From contig JBDLIQ010000004.1 in the NCBI GenBank assembly GCA_039714775.1, forward strand, positions 20 through 64,019: a stretch of 64,000 nucleotides of DNA, in the 5' to 3' direction. Each line of letters opens with the position of its first letter. Within the stretch, counting starts at the first letter, position 1. The position numbers and the translations under genes are program-made. The notes below the pieces were generated by a model. The model searched no databases. It worked only from the letters and a program-made list of their open reading frames with translations, and was not told the origin of the DNA. Positions 1 through 8,920 of the stretch are shown here, piece by piece. The DNA comes from Bacteroidota bacterium. GTDB taxonomy: Bacteria; Bacteroidota; Bacteroidia; Bacteroidales; GCA-2748055.

Positions 1-563
1 TAGGGGGTGGAGGTCCAGTAGTCGCTATCGGTACCCATGGCCTTATAAACACCTTCAGGATCCCTGTACCCGGTGCCCAGTACTGAGAAACCGGAACTGT
101 TGTTTCCCCCGAAACTTCCGGATTTCAGCTGGTCTCCCTGATCGGTACCCCGCCAGGTAGAAATGCGATCCGCTTCAGACCTGCTCATACCAAGGTGCAT
201 TTCAAGGGTGATCCACTCCTCATCCGATGGTATATGCCATCCCTGGGGACATACACCCCGTGCATCTGCAACGGTATGCCAGTTATATAGATTTCCATAG
301 GTGTCAGCAAAACCGGTCTTGTTCTCGTAGTAGCAGTAAGCACCTCCGGTTGTATTGGCCCACTCTGTTGCACCGGTCAGATGCGGGATGGCGTCGCCAT
401 TGGTGTATTGTGTCACTTTAAGGTTCTCGGCCATCCACCACTGGGTTCCGATCTGAACGGTTTTGTAGACATTGCCCTCAATGTCTGTGATGCTGTCTGT
501 TTGGGCAACAGCGACAGGCGTTGTAAATGCAATACCAACCAGGATCATCCAGAATTTCATCAT
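1..563 (-). CDS. Secreted FISUMP-domain protein (Fibrobacter succinogenes major paralogous domain-like); 3' end runs off the left window edge
   Basis: Absent from the ORF track because no stop codon is reached. My translation of the reverse strand from the ATG at 563-561 reads MMKFWMILVGIAFTTPVAVAQTDSITDIEGNVYKTVQIGTQWWMAENLKV... This is a signal peptide followed by the GNxYKTVxIGxQxWMAENL signature typical of FISUMP domains. Confidence 0.7.
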   Translation of the reverse strand, partial: MMKFWMILVGIAFTTPVAVAQTDSITDIEGNVYKTVQIGTQWWMAENLKVTQYTNGDAIPHLTGATEWANTTGGAYCYYENKTGFADTYGNLYNWHTVADARGVCPQGWHIPSDEEWITLEMHLGMSRSEADRISTWRGTDQGDQLKSGSFGGNNSSGFSVLGTGYRDPEGVYKAMGTDSDYWTSTP

Positions 564-711
564 GATATTAAATCGATATTTGAGGTTTTACCTATCTTGT
601 TGAGAAGTTAAAACAGAGAGAGATAAAAATAATGAAATGGAATGGAAATGACATGAGAACAAAGCTTAATATCGCTCTGTTTATGTAGTATTCAGCTAAC
701 ACCCCATAACA

Positions 712-3612
712 ATGAAATCTGGATTTACTTTCTTTCCAAGGATTATTCTGATCCTGATCCTGGTATTCCAGGGTTTTGCAGGATATTCGGTAACCATCAT
801 CCTGACCAGCGATCAGCAGTTGAATGACCTGCTGGATCCCGATAAGAAGATTGATCTCTCCACGGGCTTTAACAAGCGGTATGCAAGCCTGAGGGAGGTG
901 TGTGAATGGGGGCAGAAAAGAGGGGATCATGTACTGACCATCGCCTTTGATGAGTTTTTCAGGCAATACAGGGAGCAGGCAGGTACCCGGCGGTTGCTGA
1001 CCCCCGACAGTGATGAGTATGTGGATAAGATCAAAGTGATTGCCGATTTTGCAGCCGGGTACGGAATGGGAATGGGCCTGAGTCTGTTGAGTCCCCTGGA
1101 GCTGGGACCTGCTTTTAAGACGCAGACCGGTGAATCGGGACAGTGGATGCATTACAAGGTGGGAAACAGGGATCCGCAGACCGGTAAATTTCATGTGAAG
1201 CTATGGCAGCAGTTGTACTGGACCAACAACAAGGGAAAATTCACCATTAAACTGAAAGGGGTAAAGGCCTATGCTTTCAGGGAGAAACACCTTCCCAACA
1301 CCATGTATAAGGCTGTTGACCGGGATGATATCATTGCACTGGAAAATGTGGAGTATACCCAGTGGGAGACCGCGGTTCCGGAAGATGATACAAACATGGA
1401 GACCAGTTACTGGACCGCCACTTCAGGTTCCGGGCAGAATGTGGACCGGGCCAGGCGTATTGAGGTATACTCTGAGGGATCAGAAGAGTTGGCAGGGTAC
1501 GACCGGGTGATGGTTATGCTGGAATATGAGGTGCCCGAAATGGCCTATTTTAGTCCTGAGGCGGAACCATTTCTAAAAAACCTGCTGCAAAAGTACCATG
1601 ATAAGGGAATCAATCTGCAGCATTTCTATTCGGATGAGCTCCACCTGCAGCAGGACTGGGTCTATTTCGGACACCATGATAACGGCCAGCTGGCTGTACG
1701 CTATTTCACCCCTTCAATGGGGAGATATTATGAAGAGCGGTTTGGAGTACCCTTCGAAGAGAAGGAGCTGCTCTATTTTGCTTATGGTCCCGATATCAAC
1801 ACCAATTCGGTGATGGCCTCCGGGAATGTACAGTATGTCAAAGGCGCATCGAGAGAGGAGATCCAGAAAACCTTTCTCTTCAGGGACAACTACTACCGGA
1901 TGCTCAATGAGTATGTGGTGGACCTTTTTAAGGGTGCCAGGGAGCATGCCACTGAACTGTTTGGTGTGGAGGAGTGGGGCACCCACGGGCACTCCTCCTG
2001 GGCTGAGAGTCCCACGGTGGACATGTGGAATACGGAAAACCTTGAGCCCCACGCCTACAAATATGAGTATACCCCCAATTTTATCTGGGGAAATACAGTA
2101 CAGCAGGCAGCAGCAGCCTGTTATGACTATTTCAAGTGGGGAGAGTACCTGGAGCCTACGCGAAACGATTTTGCAGAGCTGGGATGGAATGACCGCAACT
2201 ACTACGGTGCTGCCATGGCCACCTCCCTGGGTGTGCTGAACCGGAAACCCAATGCCTATCCTGCATTCTGGGGTATGCCCAATGAAGTTGCCCGCCGCAA
2301 GGCATCGGTGAACGATGCCTATGGGGGTGCACCCAGATCCCACTCCATCGACCTGATCACCGGCCATGTTCACCGCGATGTGGATGTACTGGTACTTTAC
2401 CCCATGAACCTGGTGGCAGTGGAGGAGCGATTCGGTTCGTGGATGACCCAGTATGGCTACTGCAACTACATCACAGCTGAAAAACTACTGGAACTGGGCA
2501 CCGTCAATGAGAGGGGAGAGATTCAGATCATGGCCAAAAAGTACACCACCCTGGTGACCCTTTTTGAACCACTTCCAAACAAGGGCCTCCTTGATATGAT
2601 GGGAGATCTGGTGCAAAGTGGAGGGAATGCCATCTGGTTCGGTCCTCCGCCCATGATCAATGCAGCCGGTGAAAAATGTCTTGAAAAATGGGAGACCCTG
2701 TTTGGGGTAACGTACAGCTCACCTGAGCCGCAGGGAAGAATTGCCCCGGGTATGCGAATCGACTTCTTAAACCAGTTGAGGGAGATCCCTTCACAGTATA
2801 TACTGACCGATTTTATGGTGGACCGGATCTACCCGGTTGAGGCAGGGGATGGCACCTCCAAACTGGCTTTCTGTGATAACAACCTGCTGGTGGGAACCGG
2901 CAAGGGAAGCGCCTGGTATTTTGGATTCAGGCCACGGGATGACCAGTCAGCCAGCCTGGGGTATGAAACCCGCACGCTCTTCGAGATCCTGGATCATGCC
3001 GGCTCTTATGCATCCACCGGCACTTTTGCCGGAGTAAATGACAATACGGAGCATGTTTCCCGTACCTCCCATTACCTGGCCACACGCTTTCCCAACGGGG
3101 CAACGGTACTGGTGCGGCATTACCGCAGCCACCGGGAGACCTGGCCCGGCGGGTTCTCACGGAATCAGGAAGATGATTCTGCTGCATTGGCAGTCAATCC
3201 GCTTCCGACCGATGAGATTTTGCTGGATGATTTTATGGTGAATGGCCACAGGGTGAGTTTCGAGGGAACCCTCACCATGGCTTTCCGGACCAATAAAAAG
3301 AGTGAACTGGTCGCCTTCGAAGGGCAGGATTGCAACCAGGTGGAGATCGATGGGAAACTTTATAACTTCTCTGATCAAAAACTGGAGAAGATTGCTTTTG
3401 CACCATCACTTGAGCGTGAAAAGGAGATCTTGCTCTATGTGGATGGAGAGGCAGAGGTGGTTATTCCACTTCCGGAAGGTATCGGTACCGGAACCGCCAG
3501 GTTGACAGACAGAAAAGGGAAAAGCGTCAAACATAAGATCCGGGGAAATAGCCTGCAAATGCAGGTGGACAGCAAACTTAGCGGAAAGTGGCTCTCCCTG
3601 GTTTGGGATTAA
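712..3612 (+). CDS. Large orphan protein (966 aa) with N-terminal hydrophobic anchor or signal; possible uncharacterised glycoside hydrolase
   Basis: Long ORF with an ATG start (checked at 712-714). The N-terminal hydrophobic stretch is IILILILVFQGFAG. I recognise no family signature. It is the first gene of a + strand run ending in GH78. Confidence 0.7.
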   Translation: MKSGFTFFPRIILILILVFQGFAGYSVTIILTSDQQLNDLLDPDKKIDLSTGFNKRYASLREVCEWGQKRGDHVLTIAFDEFFRQYREQAGTRRLLTPDSDEYVDKIKVIADFAAGYGMGMGLSLLSPLELGPAFKTQTGESGQWMHYKVGNRDPQTGKFHVKLWQQLYWTNNKGKFTIKLKGVKAYAFREKHLPNTMYKAVDRDDIIALENVEYTQWETAVPEDDTNMETSYWTATSGSGQNVDRARRIEVYSEGSEELAGYDRVMVMLEYEVPEMAYFSPEAEPFLKNLLQKYHDKGINLQHFYSDELHLQQDWVYFGHHDNGQLAVRYFTPSMGRYYEERFGVPFEEKELLYFAYGPDINTNSVMASGNVQYVKGASREEIQKTFLFRDNYYRMLNEYVVDLFKGAREHATELFGVEEWGTHGHSSWAESPTVDMWNTENLEPHAYKYEYTPNFIWGNTVQQAAAACYDYFKWGEYLEPTRNDFAELGWNDRNYYGAAMATSLGVLNRKPNAYPAFWGMPNEVARRKASVNDAYGGAPRSHSIDLITGHVHRDVDVLVLYPMNLVAVEERFGSWMTQYGYCNYITAEKLLELGTVNERGEIQIMAKKYTTLVTLFEPLPNKGLLDMMGDLVQSGGNAIWFGPPPMINAAGEKCLEKWETLFGVTYSSPEPQGRIAPGMRIDFLNQLREIPSQYILTDFMVDRIYPVEAGDGTSKLAFCDNNLLVGTGKGSAWYFGFRPRDDQSASLGYETRTLFEILDHAGSYASTGTFAGVNDNTEHVSRTSHYLATRFPNGATVLVRHYRSHRETWPGGFSRNQEDDSAALAVNPLPTDEILLDDFMVNGHRVSFEGTLTMAFRTNKKSELVAFEGQDCNQVEIDGKLYNFSDQKLEKIAFAPSLEREKEILLYVDGEAEVVIPLPEGIGTGTARLTDRKGKSVKHKIRGNSLQMQVDSKLSGKWLSLVWD

Positions 3613-3632
3613 GATACAAGCAATTTGACAAG

Positions 3633-4607
3633 ATGATGTATTACTCAAATAGAAAATTTATGGCAGCGGTAGTCTCCATGCTGCTATTCTTATCCAACCT
3701 TCATGCAGCCGATACCATCAGGGTGGAGCCTGGGGTTGGCACAATTCAGACGGCTATCAATCACAATGGAGGGGATATGATCTACCTGTTGCAGGCAGGA
3801 GCAGTTTATTATCTGGATGGGATTGTGAATGTGTTCCCCCGGGTATTGGGAGGTTCGGATAAGACCCTGACCATTGTGGGTGAGGAGATTGCTTCCCCGG
3901 CCGACTCCTGCAGGGAGTACGGGATTCTTCATGACAAGGTCTCCTGGCCCAATATGAAATATAACCACAACTGGTATGATCAGGATCCGCTCTACAACGA
4001 TACAATGATTTACTGCATCAACGACAGTGTGGGTGAACACATCCTGGGCTTCTACAGGAAGGTGTTCTGGGAAGAGGCGGATGCGCCGGAGGTGAGCGAT
4101 CTGCCCAGCTACAATTGGGATATTGACGGATACAATGGTTATGACCCGGCTGACCCGCCTGCTACCTGGCCCAGGTTTGACGGATCCTATACCAATCCCG
4201 TACTATTGATCGCTTCGCAGGAGGGAATGCCACTGGGGGACCTGAACTGGTATCCGGACCTGAAACAAAAATGGGATGCCTACAGGGAGTTGATTCAGGC
4301 ACATGTCCTGGAACTGAACGAAGAACGCATTAAGCTGCCGGACCGGGTGGCTATTCAGCCTCCACAGCTTGACAGGTTAGAGGTCAGATGTTACCCCAAT
4401 CCTGTTGGTGATTTTATGAATTTCGTTGGAGAGGATTTGTCAGGAGCCACGGTTCAGATTATCAATATGACGGGATCTGTGGTTCTGGAAGAGCTGCTCG
4501 AATCGGACAGCTCTGCTCTTGAAATGGGAGGACTTACAGAAGGTCTCTATGAGGTGAGAATTGTGAAGCTGGACAGGCAGTACACAGGTGCAATCAGCAA
4601 ACTGTAA
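3633..4607 (+). CDS. Secreted protein of unknown function with T9SS C-terminal sorting domain
   Basis: The ORF-track start at 3588 is GTG and overlaps the upstream stop. An ATG-ATG at 3633 gives MMYYSNRKFMAAVVSMLLFLSNLHA, a signal peptide. The C-terminus (YPNPVGDFMNF...GLYEVRIV) matches the Por-secretion-tail pattern. Confidence 0.7.
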   Translation: MMYYSNRKFMAAVVSMLLFLSNLHAADTIRVEPGVGTIQTAINHNGGDMIYLLQAGAVYYLDGIVNVFPRVLGGSDKTLTIVGEEIASPADSCREYGILHDKVSWPNMKYNHNWYDQDPLYNDTMIYCINDSVGEHILGFYRKVFWEEADAPEVSDLPSYNWDIDGYNGYDPADPPATWPRFDGSYTNPVLLIASQEGMPLGDLNWYPDLKQKWDAYRELIQAHVLELNEERIKLPDRVAIQPPQLDRLEVRCYPNPVGDFMNFVGEDLSGATVQIINMTGSVVLEELLESDSSALEMGGLTEGLYEVRIVKLDRQYTGAISKL

Positions 4608-4608
4608 A

Positions 4609-5832
4609 ATGGATATGATGAAACCGGACTTGAAGATTGTGTTGGTGATTTTAACAGTGATGATGGGATTCCCCCTGTTTGGAGGGAAGCCGGTGATGAA
4701 AGATCTGCAGGGAGATACCCTGTCACCCCGTATAGATACACATATACACCTGTATGATACCCACCGGGAGGGAAGCTGCATCTTCCTGGACCCGGTGCGA
4801 CACGAAAAGATATACTTTCCCCATTTTGCACAGCAGTTTGTGGATACTGCATCACCGGCAGGGATCGGCTATGCGGTGGTGGTTGAGGCAAGTCAGCGTC
4901 GTGAAGACAATTTCTGGCTGATGCGGCATGTGGACAGCTCGGAGGCCCTGGTGGCCTTTATAGCCAATCTGGACCCCCGCGATCCCCATTATGTTTCCGA
5001 TCTCGATTCACTTTCGCAATATGAAAAGTTCAGGGGGATTCGCATCCGTCCATCCACACCCATTGATATCTCCAAAGCGGAGATTATCGCAAGTTTTTCC
5101 CACCTGGCCTCCAGGAACCAGGTGCTGGAGCTGGGTGGTGCGGGTGTTGATCCGCAGACCATCGCCACCATTGCCCGACAGTACCCCGGCATGAACATTA
5201 TCATGAACCACCTGGCCGGTGGGATGATCCAGGGGGGAGCGGTGGTTCCCGCTGACTGGACAGACCGGCTTGCCGTATTTGCCTCCGAGCCCAATGTCTA
5301 TTGCAAGATTTCTGCCCTCTATACCCTGTCAGGTCAGGACCCGGCACCTGTCGATCCGGAGGCCTATAAACCTTTGATAGACCCGGCCATTGAAGCATTC
5401 GGCCCCGGGCGGGTGATCTTCGGAAGCAACTGGACCCTCTCAGATATGCTGGGCTCCTATGGGGATATGATCACCATGCTGGATGGGTATCTTTTGAGTC
5501 GGGATGATCTTACTCCGGAGCAGTTCTATTACGAAAATATCAATGAAGCCTACGGAATTAACCAGTCGGAGGTTGGAGTGGATATCTCACAAATAACGGG
5601 TGAGAGATTCCTGCTCTATCCCAACCCGGCCCGGCAGACGGTCACCATCTCAACCCCGGACCGGTCACTGGGACATCTGCAGTGCATAGACCTCAGGGGC
5701 AGGGTGGTGCTGGAGGATGTAGTGTATGAAGATTCCATCGAACTAAATATTTCGGAATGGGTTCCGGGGATATACTGTGTGCAGCGCATCACTGAAGAGG
5801 GGGCCATTGTACAACAATTACTGGTAAATTAA
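4609..5832 (+). CDS. Amidohydrolase-2 family (metal-dependent TIM-barrel hydrolase / lactonase-like) with signal peptide and T9SS C-terminal domain
   Basis: The ATG at 4609 lies 2 nt after the upstream TAA (the ORF-track start at 4588 is GTG). Signal-like MKPDLKIVLVILTVMMGFPLFG is followed by the HxH metal motif DTHIHLYD and amidohydrolase-2-like sequence through ...VIFGSNW. The C-terminus is LYPNPARQTVTIS...GIYCVQRI, a T9SS CTD. Confidence 0.65.
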   Translation: MDMMKPDLKIVLVILTVMMGFPLFGGKPVMKDLQGDTLSPRIDTHIHLYDTHREGSCIFLDPVRHEKIYFPHFAQQFVDTASPAGIGYAVVVEASQRREDNFWLMRHVDSSEALVAFIANLDPRDPHYVSDLDSLSQYEKFRGIRIRPSTPIDISKAEIIASFSHLASRNQVLELGGAGVDPQTIATIARQYPGMNIIMNHLAGGMIQGGAVVPADWTDRLAVFASEPNVYCKISALYTLSGQDPAPVDPEAYKPLIDPAIEAFGPGRVIFGSNWTLSDMLGSYGDMITMLDGYLLSRDDLTPEQFYYENINEAYGINQSEVGVDISQITGERFLLYPNPARQTVTISTPDRSLGHLQCIDLRGRVVLEDVVYEDSIELNISEWVPGIYCVQRITEEGAIVQQLLVN

Positions 5833-5863
5833 AACTCAATTCAGGTTAAATCGATCCAATTCA

Positions 5864-8650
5864 ATGATTTCAAATATGAAAATAACAGCCTGTAGCATGC
5901 TGATAGCAACATCTCTGCTGTTGTCTGCTTGCCGGCATCAGGGCAGCGATATGGTTGTTGAGGAGTTCAGAGCGGATTTCGTGTCAAACATGGATCATGA
6001 TCCGCTATTCTCCTGGAGATTCTCGGGAGACCAGCCGGGATTACAACAGTCAGCTTACCGGATTATCCTGTCCGAAGAGGCGAATTGCCCGCTGGATGAT
6101 CCTCAGAACGTATGGGATTCAGGTGAACGAAAAGGGAGTGGTTCCCTGCAGGTGAAATATGATGGTCAGCCCCTTGAAAATGGCAAGCAGTACTATGCCA
6201 GTGTCATGGTCTGGGACCAGGAAGGGGATTCCTCACTGTGGAGTGAAGCGCTTCGCATTGTGGTCCCGCTGGCCTATCCTGAGGATTGGGAGGCCGGGTG
6301 GCTTACCTACCAGTACAGTGATGAGAAGCCTTTGCCGCTGTTTCGCAAACCTTTTAAGGTGAAGGAGCCTGAAAACATCGACTATGTGCTGTTCTATATT
6401 GCGGCACCCGGTTATTACGAAGCGTATCTGAACGGAGCGAAGATCGGGAAGAATGTACTGGATCCCGGCCAGACCAACTATGAAGATTACACCTATTACA
6501 CAACCTATGAAATTGATCCAGCTGATCTTTCAGGGGAGAACGCACTGGGTGTGATGCTGGGCAACGGATGGTATAACCAGAACCAGGTATGGAAACTGGC
6601 ACCGGAAGACTCCACCATGATTTACGGTCAGCCGCTCTTCACCTGTCAGCTGGTGATCCATCGCAAAGATGGTACCAGGGAGGTGATCGGTTCGGACAGG
6701 AGCTGGCTCTGGACATATGGTCCCATCACCTACTCCAGCATTTATGGTGGGGAACACTACGATGCCCGCCTGGAGATCGAAAACTGGAACAGGCCGGGCG
6801 AGGTAGAGGGGGAGTGGAACAGCCCCCTCTCACCGGGCAGGCATCCCGCAGATCTTTTTCAGCAGTTCGCCGAGCCCATCCGGGTGATGGAGGAGCTGGC
6901 CGCAGTGTCGGTTACTGACCAGGGCGATAGCAGCTGGGTATTTGATTTTGGACAGAACATGGCGGGATGGATGGAGCTAAAAATCGAGGGGAAGGCTGGT
7001 CAGGAGATCACCATTCAGTGTGGTGAAGAGTTGTATGAGGATGGGAGCCTGGACATGCGCTCTACCGGGACGTTCCATACTAAGGTGCTGCAGACCCAGA
7101 AATACACCTGTAGAGGTAAGGGTGTGGAGATATGGCACCCGCAGTTTACCTACTTCGGGTTCAGGTATGCACAGGTAAGCGGTTTGAGAAGTGCACCAGG
7201 CAAGGAGCTTCTTACCGCCCAGGTGGTCCATTCATCGGTGCCGGATGTGGGGAGCTTTCAATGCTCGGAGGAGCAGATTAACCGGCTTCATGACCTGTCC
7301 CGGTGGACCATCAGGGGCAATATTCACAGCATTCCCTCTGACTGTCCCCAGCGGGAGAAGTGTGGGTGGACAGGTGATGCCCATGCCCTGATCCAACCGA
7401 TGATCTGGAATTTTGATGCGCAGCGTTTCTTTATCAAATATATGTTTGACATGCGCTCTTCCGGCAGGGAGGAGAAGGAGCAGATCTTTTTTGGAGGGAG
7501 CATACAGGACCGGAGTGTGGTTACAAAACCGGCGGGCATTCCTACCATGATCGCACCGGGAAAACGTACCAGCGGGTGTGCCACACCCGACTGGGGAACG
7601 GCACTGGTACAGATTCCGTGGTACCTCTATCTCTATTATGGTGACAGGATCGTTCTGGAGGAGTTCTATCCCGATATGAAACAGTGGGTGGAGTATGTTT
7701 CTTCATTGCAGGTAGACGGGGTGATTCCCAACGGACTGGGGGACTGGTGTCCGCCCGGCGGAAATGAGAACCTGGACTGTCCGGTTCCGGTAAGTTCCTC
7801 TGCATTTCATATTCTGGATGTGACCATTATGGAAGAGGTGGCGGGTTTACTTGGGAAGGGCGGGGATCAGGCGCTTTTTAAGCAGATGCATGACCAGCTG
7901 AAAACGGATTTCAATCGTCATTTCTTTGACCCGGAAACAGGAAGCTACGGAACCAGCCAGACAGCCAATATTATGGCACTGGATATGGATCTGGTTCCGG
8001 TGGGAATGGAGAAGGAGGTAGCATCGGCGGTCATAGAGAACATCAATGAATCGTACGATGGGTTTCTTAATACAGGGATCTTTGGACTGGCCAGGATCTT
8101 CAGTGTGCTGGCAGAGAATGGTTTTGAAGAGGAGGTGTACCATCTGCTGACCAAAACCGGGAAGCACAGCTTCGCTTATATGTGGGACCGTTATGATGTG
8201 ACCACCCTCTGGGAGGTGCTTCCGTGCAGCGATGATAATGAGGAAAAGGAGTTGAACCTGAGATCGCACAGCCACCCCATGCAGGCCGGCTTTGATGCAT
8301 GGTTCTATTCGGGGATTGCCGGGATCAACCCGGTGGCAGAGGGACCCGGATTTCAGAAGATAGCCTTTAAACCCTACCTGACCCGGCAGCTTTCATCAGC
8401 ATCTGCCACATATGCCTCTAAATCAGGTACCATTGTCAGCCGGTGGGAGCGGAGCGACCGGGGGTTCGCCTGGAAGATCACCATTCCTGCCAATGCAGAG
8501 GGAGAGATCCATCTTCCCACCTATGGTTCGGATGCCATACTGAAGATCAATGGTACAGTTGTGGAAGTTATCGACGAAACCGACGGATTCAGCCTGATCG
8601 GAACCTATGGTCCGGGCGACTACCTGGTGGAGGCGTTACCGGTTCATTAA
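5864..8650 (+). CDS. Alpha-L-rhamnosidase, glycoside hydrolase family 78 (lipoprotein)
   Basis: ATG start. Lipoprotein signal ...LLLSAC. The N-domain pattern YEAYLNGAKIGKNVLDPGQTNYEDYTYYTTYEI and the catalytic-domain motif SDCPQREKCGWTGDAH are typical of bacterial GH78. Confidence 0.85.
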   Translation: MISNMKITACSMLIATSLLLSACRHQGSDMVVEEFRADFVSNMDHDPLFSWRFSGDQPGLQQSAYRIILSEEANCPLDDPQNVWDSGERKGSGSLQVKYDGQPLENGKQYYASVMVWDQEGDSSLWSEALRIVVPLAYPEDWEAGWLTYQYSDEKPLPLFRKPFKVKEPENIDYVLFYIAAPGYYEAYLNGAKIGKNVLDPGQTNYEDYTYYTTYEIDPADLSGENALGVMLGNGWYNQNQVWKLAPEDSTMIYGQPLFTCQLVIHRKDGTREVIGSDRSWLWTYGPITYSSIYGGEHYDARLEIENWNRPGEVEGEWNSPLSPGRHPADLFQQFAEPIRVMEELAAVSVTDQGDSSWVFDFGQNMAGWMELKIEGKAGQEITIQCGEELYEDGSLDMRSTGTFHTKVLQTQKYTCRGKGVEIWHPQFTYFGFRYAQVSGLRSAPGKELLTAQVVHSSVPDVGSFQCSEEQINRLHDLSRWTIRGNIHSIPSDCPQREKCGWTGDAHALIQPMIWNFDAQRFFIKYMFDMRSSGREEKEQIFFGGSIQDRSVVTKPAGIPTMIAPGKRTSGCATPDWGTALVQIPWYLYLYYGDRIVLEEFYPDMKQWVEYVSSLQVDGVIPNGLGDWCPPGGNENLDCPVPVSSSAFHILDVTIMEEVAGLLGKGGDQALFKQMHDQLKTDFNRHFFDPETGSYGTSQTANIMALDMDLVPVGMEKEVASAVIENINESYDGFLNTGIFGLARIFSVLAENGFEEEVYHLLTKTGKHSFAYMWDRYDVTTLWEVLPCSDDNEEKELNLRSHSHPMQAGFDAWFYSGIAGINPVAEGPGFQKIAFKPYLTRQLSSASATYASKSGTIVSRWERSDRGFAWKITIPANAEGEIHLPTYGSDAILKINGTVVEVIDETDGFSLIGTYGPGDYLVEALPVH

Positions 8651-8712
8651 TCAGGTTACTCCCATAACAACAGGCTCGCCATGTTGGTTCCCTGGATAAA
8701 GCCAACACCAGT

Positions 8713-8731
8713 GCCGGTAAATTTTACCGGC
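8713..8731. terminator. Candidate bidirectional hairpin in the convergent gap between GH78 and sulfatase
   Basis: Perfect palindrome GCCGGTAAA-T-TTTACCGGC (usable stem GCCGGTA/TACCGGC, 5-nt loop), 63 nt after the GH78 stop. There is no U-tract on either strand, so function is uncertain. Confidence 0.3.
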
Positions 8732-8920
8732 ATCTCTGCAACCGCATCTTTGCCCGTGGCAGTGATGATCATCCTGGGACCCTCCCAATCCGATATGGCA
8801 GAGAGGTTAAGTTGGGCCGAAGAGTTTTCTCCCTGCACCTCATTGTAGTAAAAGCCATCCGCGCTAATACATACAGCAAAAGGGTTGCTTTTTGCGGCTG
8901 ATCCTGGATTGGATCTTATA

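Noticed and set aside
592-1194. Many 60-220-aa ORFs in the six-frame track nested antisense or out of frame inside the large genes. Examples are 592-1194, 1714-2373, 8885-9586, 13272-13871, 36641-37300, 46834-47490, 48130-48669 and 59452-59961.
   Set aside because: Each is fully overlapped by a long ORF with clear family signatures on the other strand or frame. Their translations are low-complexity (Pro/Arg/Gly/Ser-rich) with no recognisable motifs or independent start context. They are treated as shadow ORFs.
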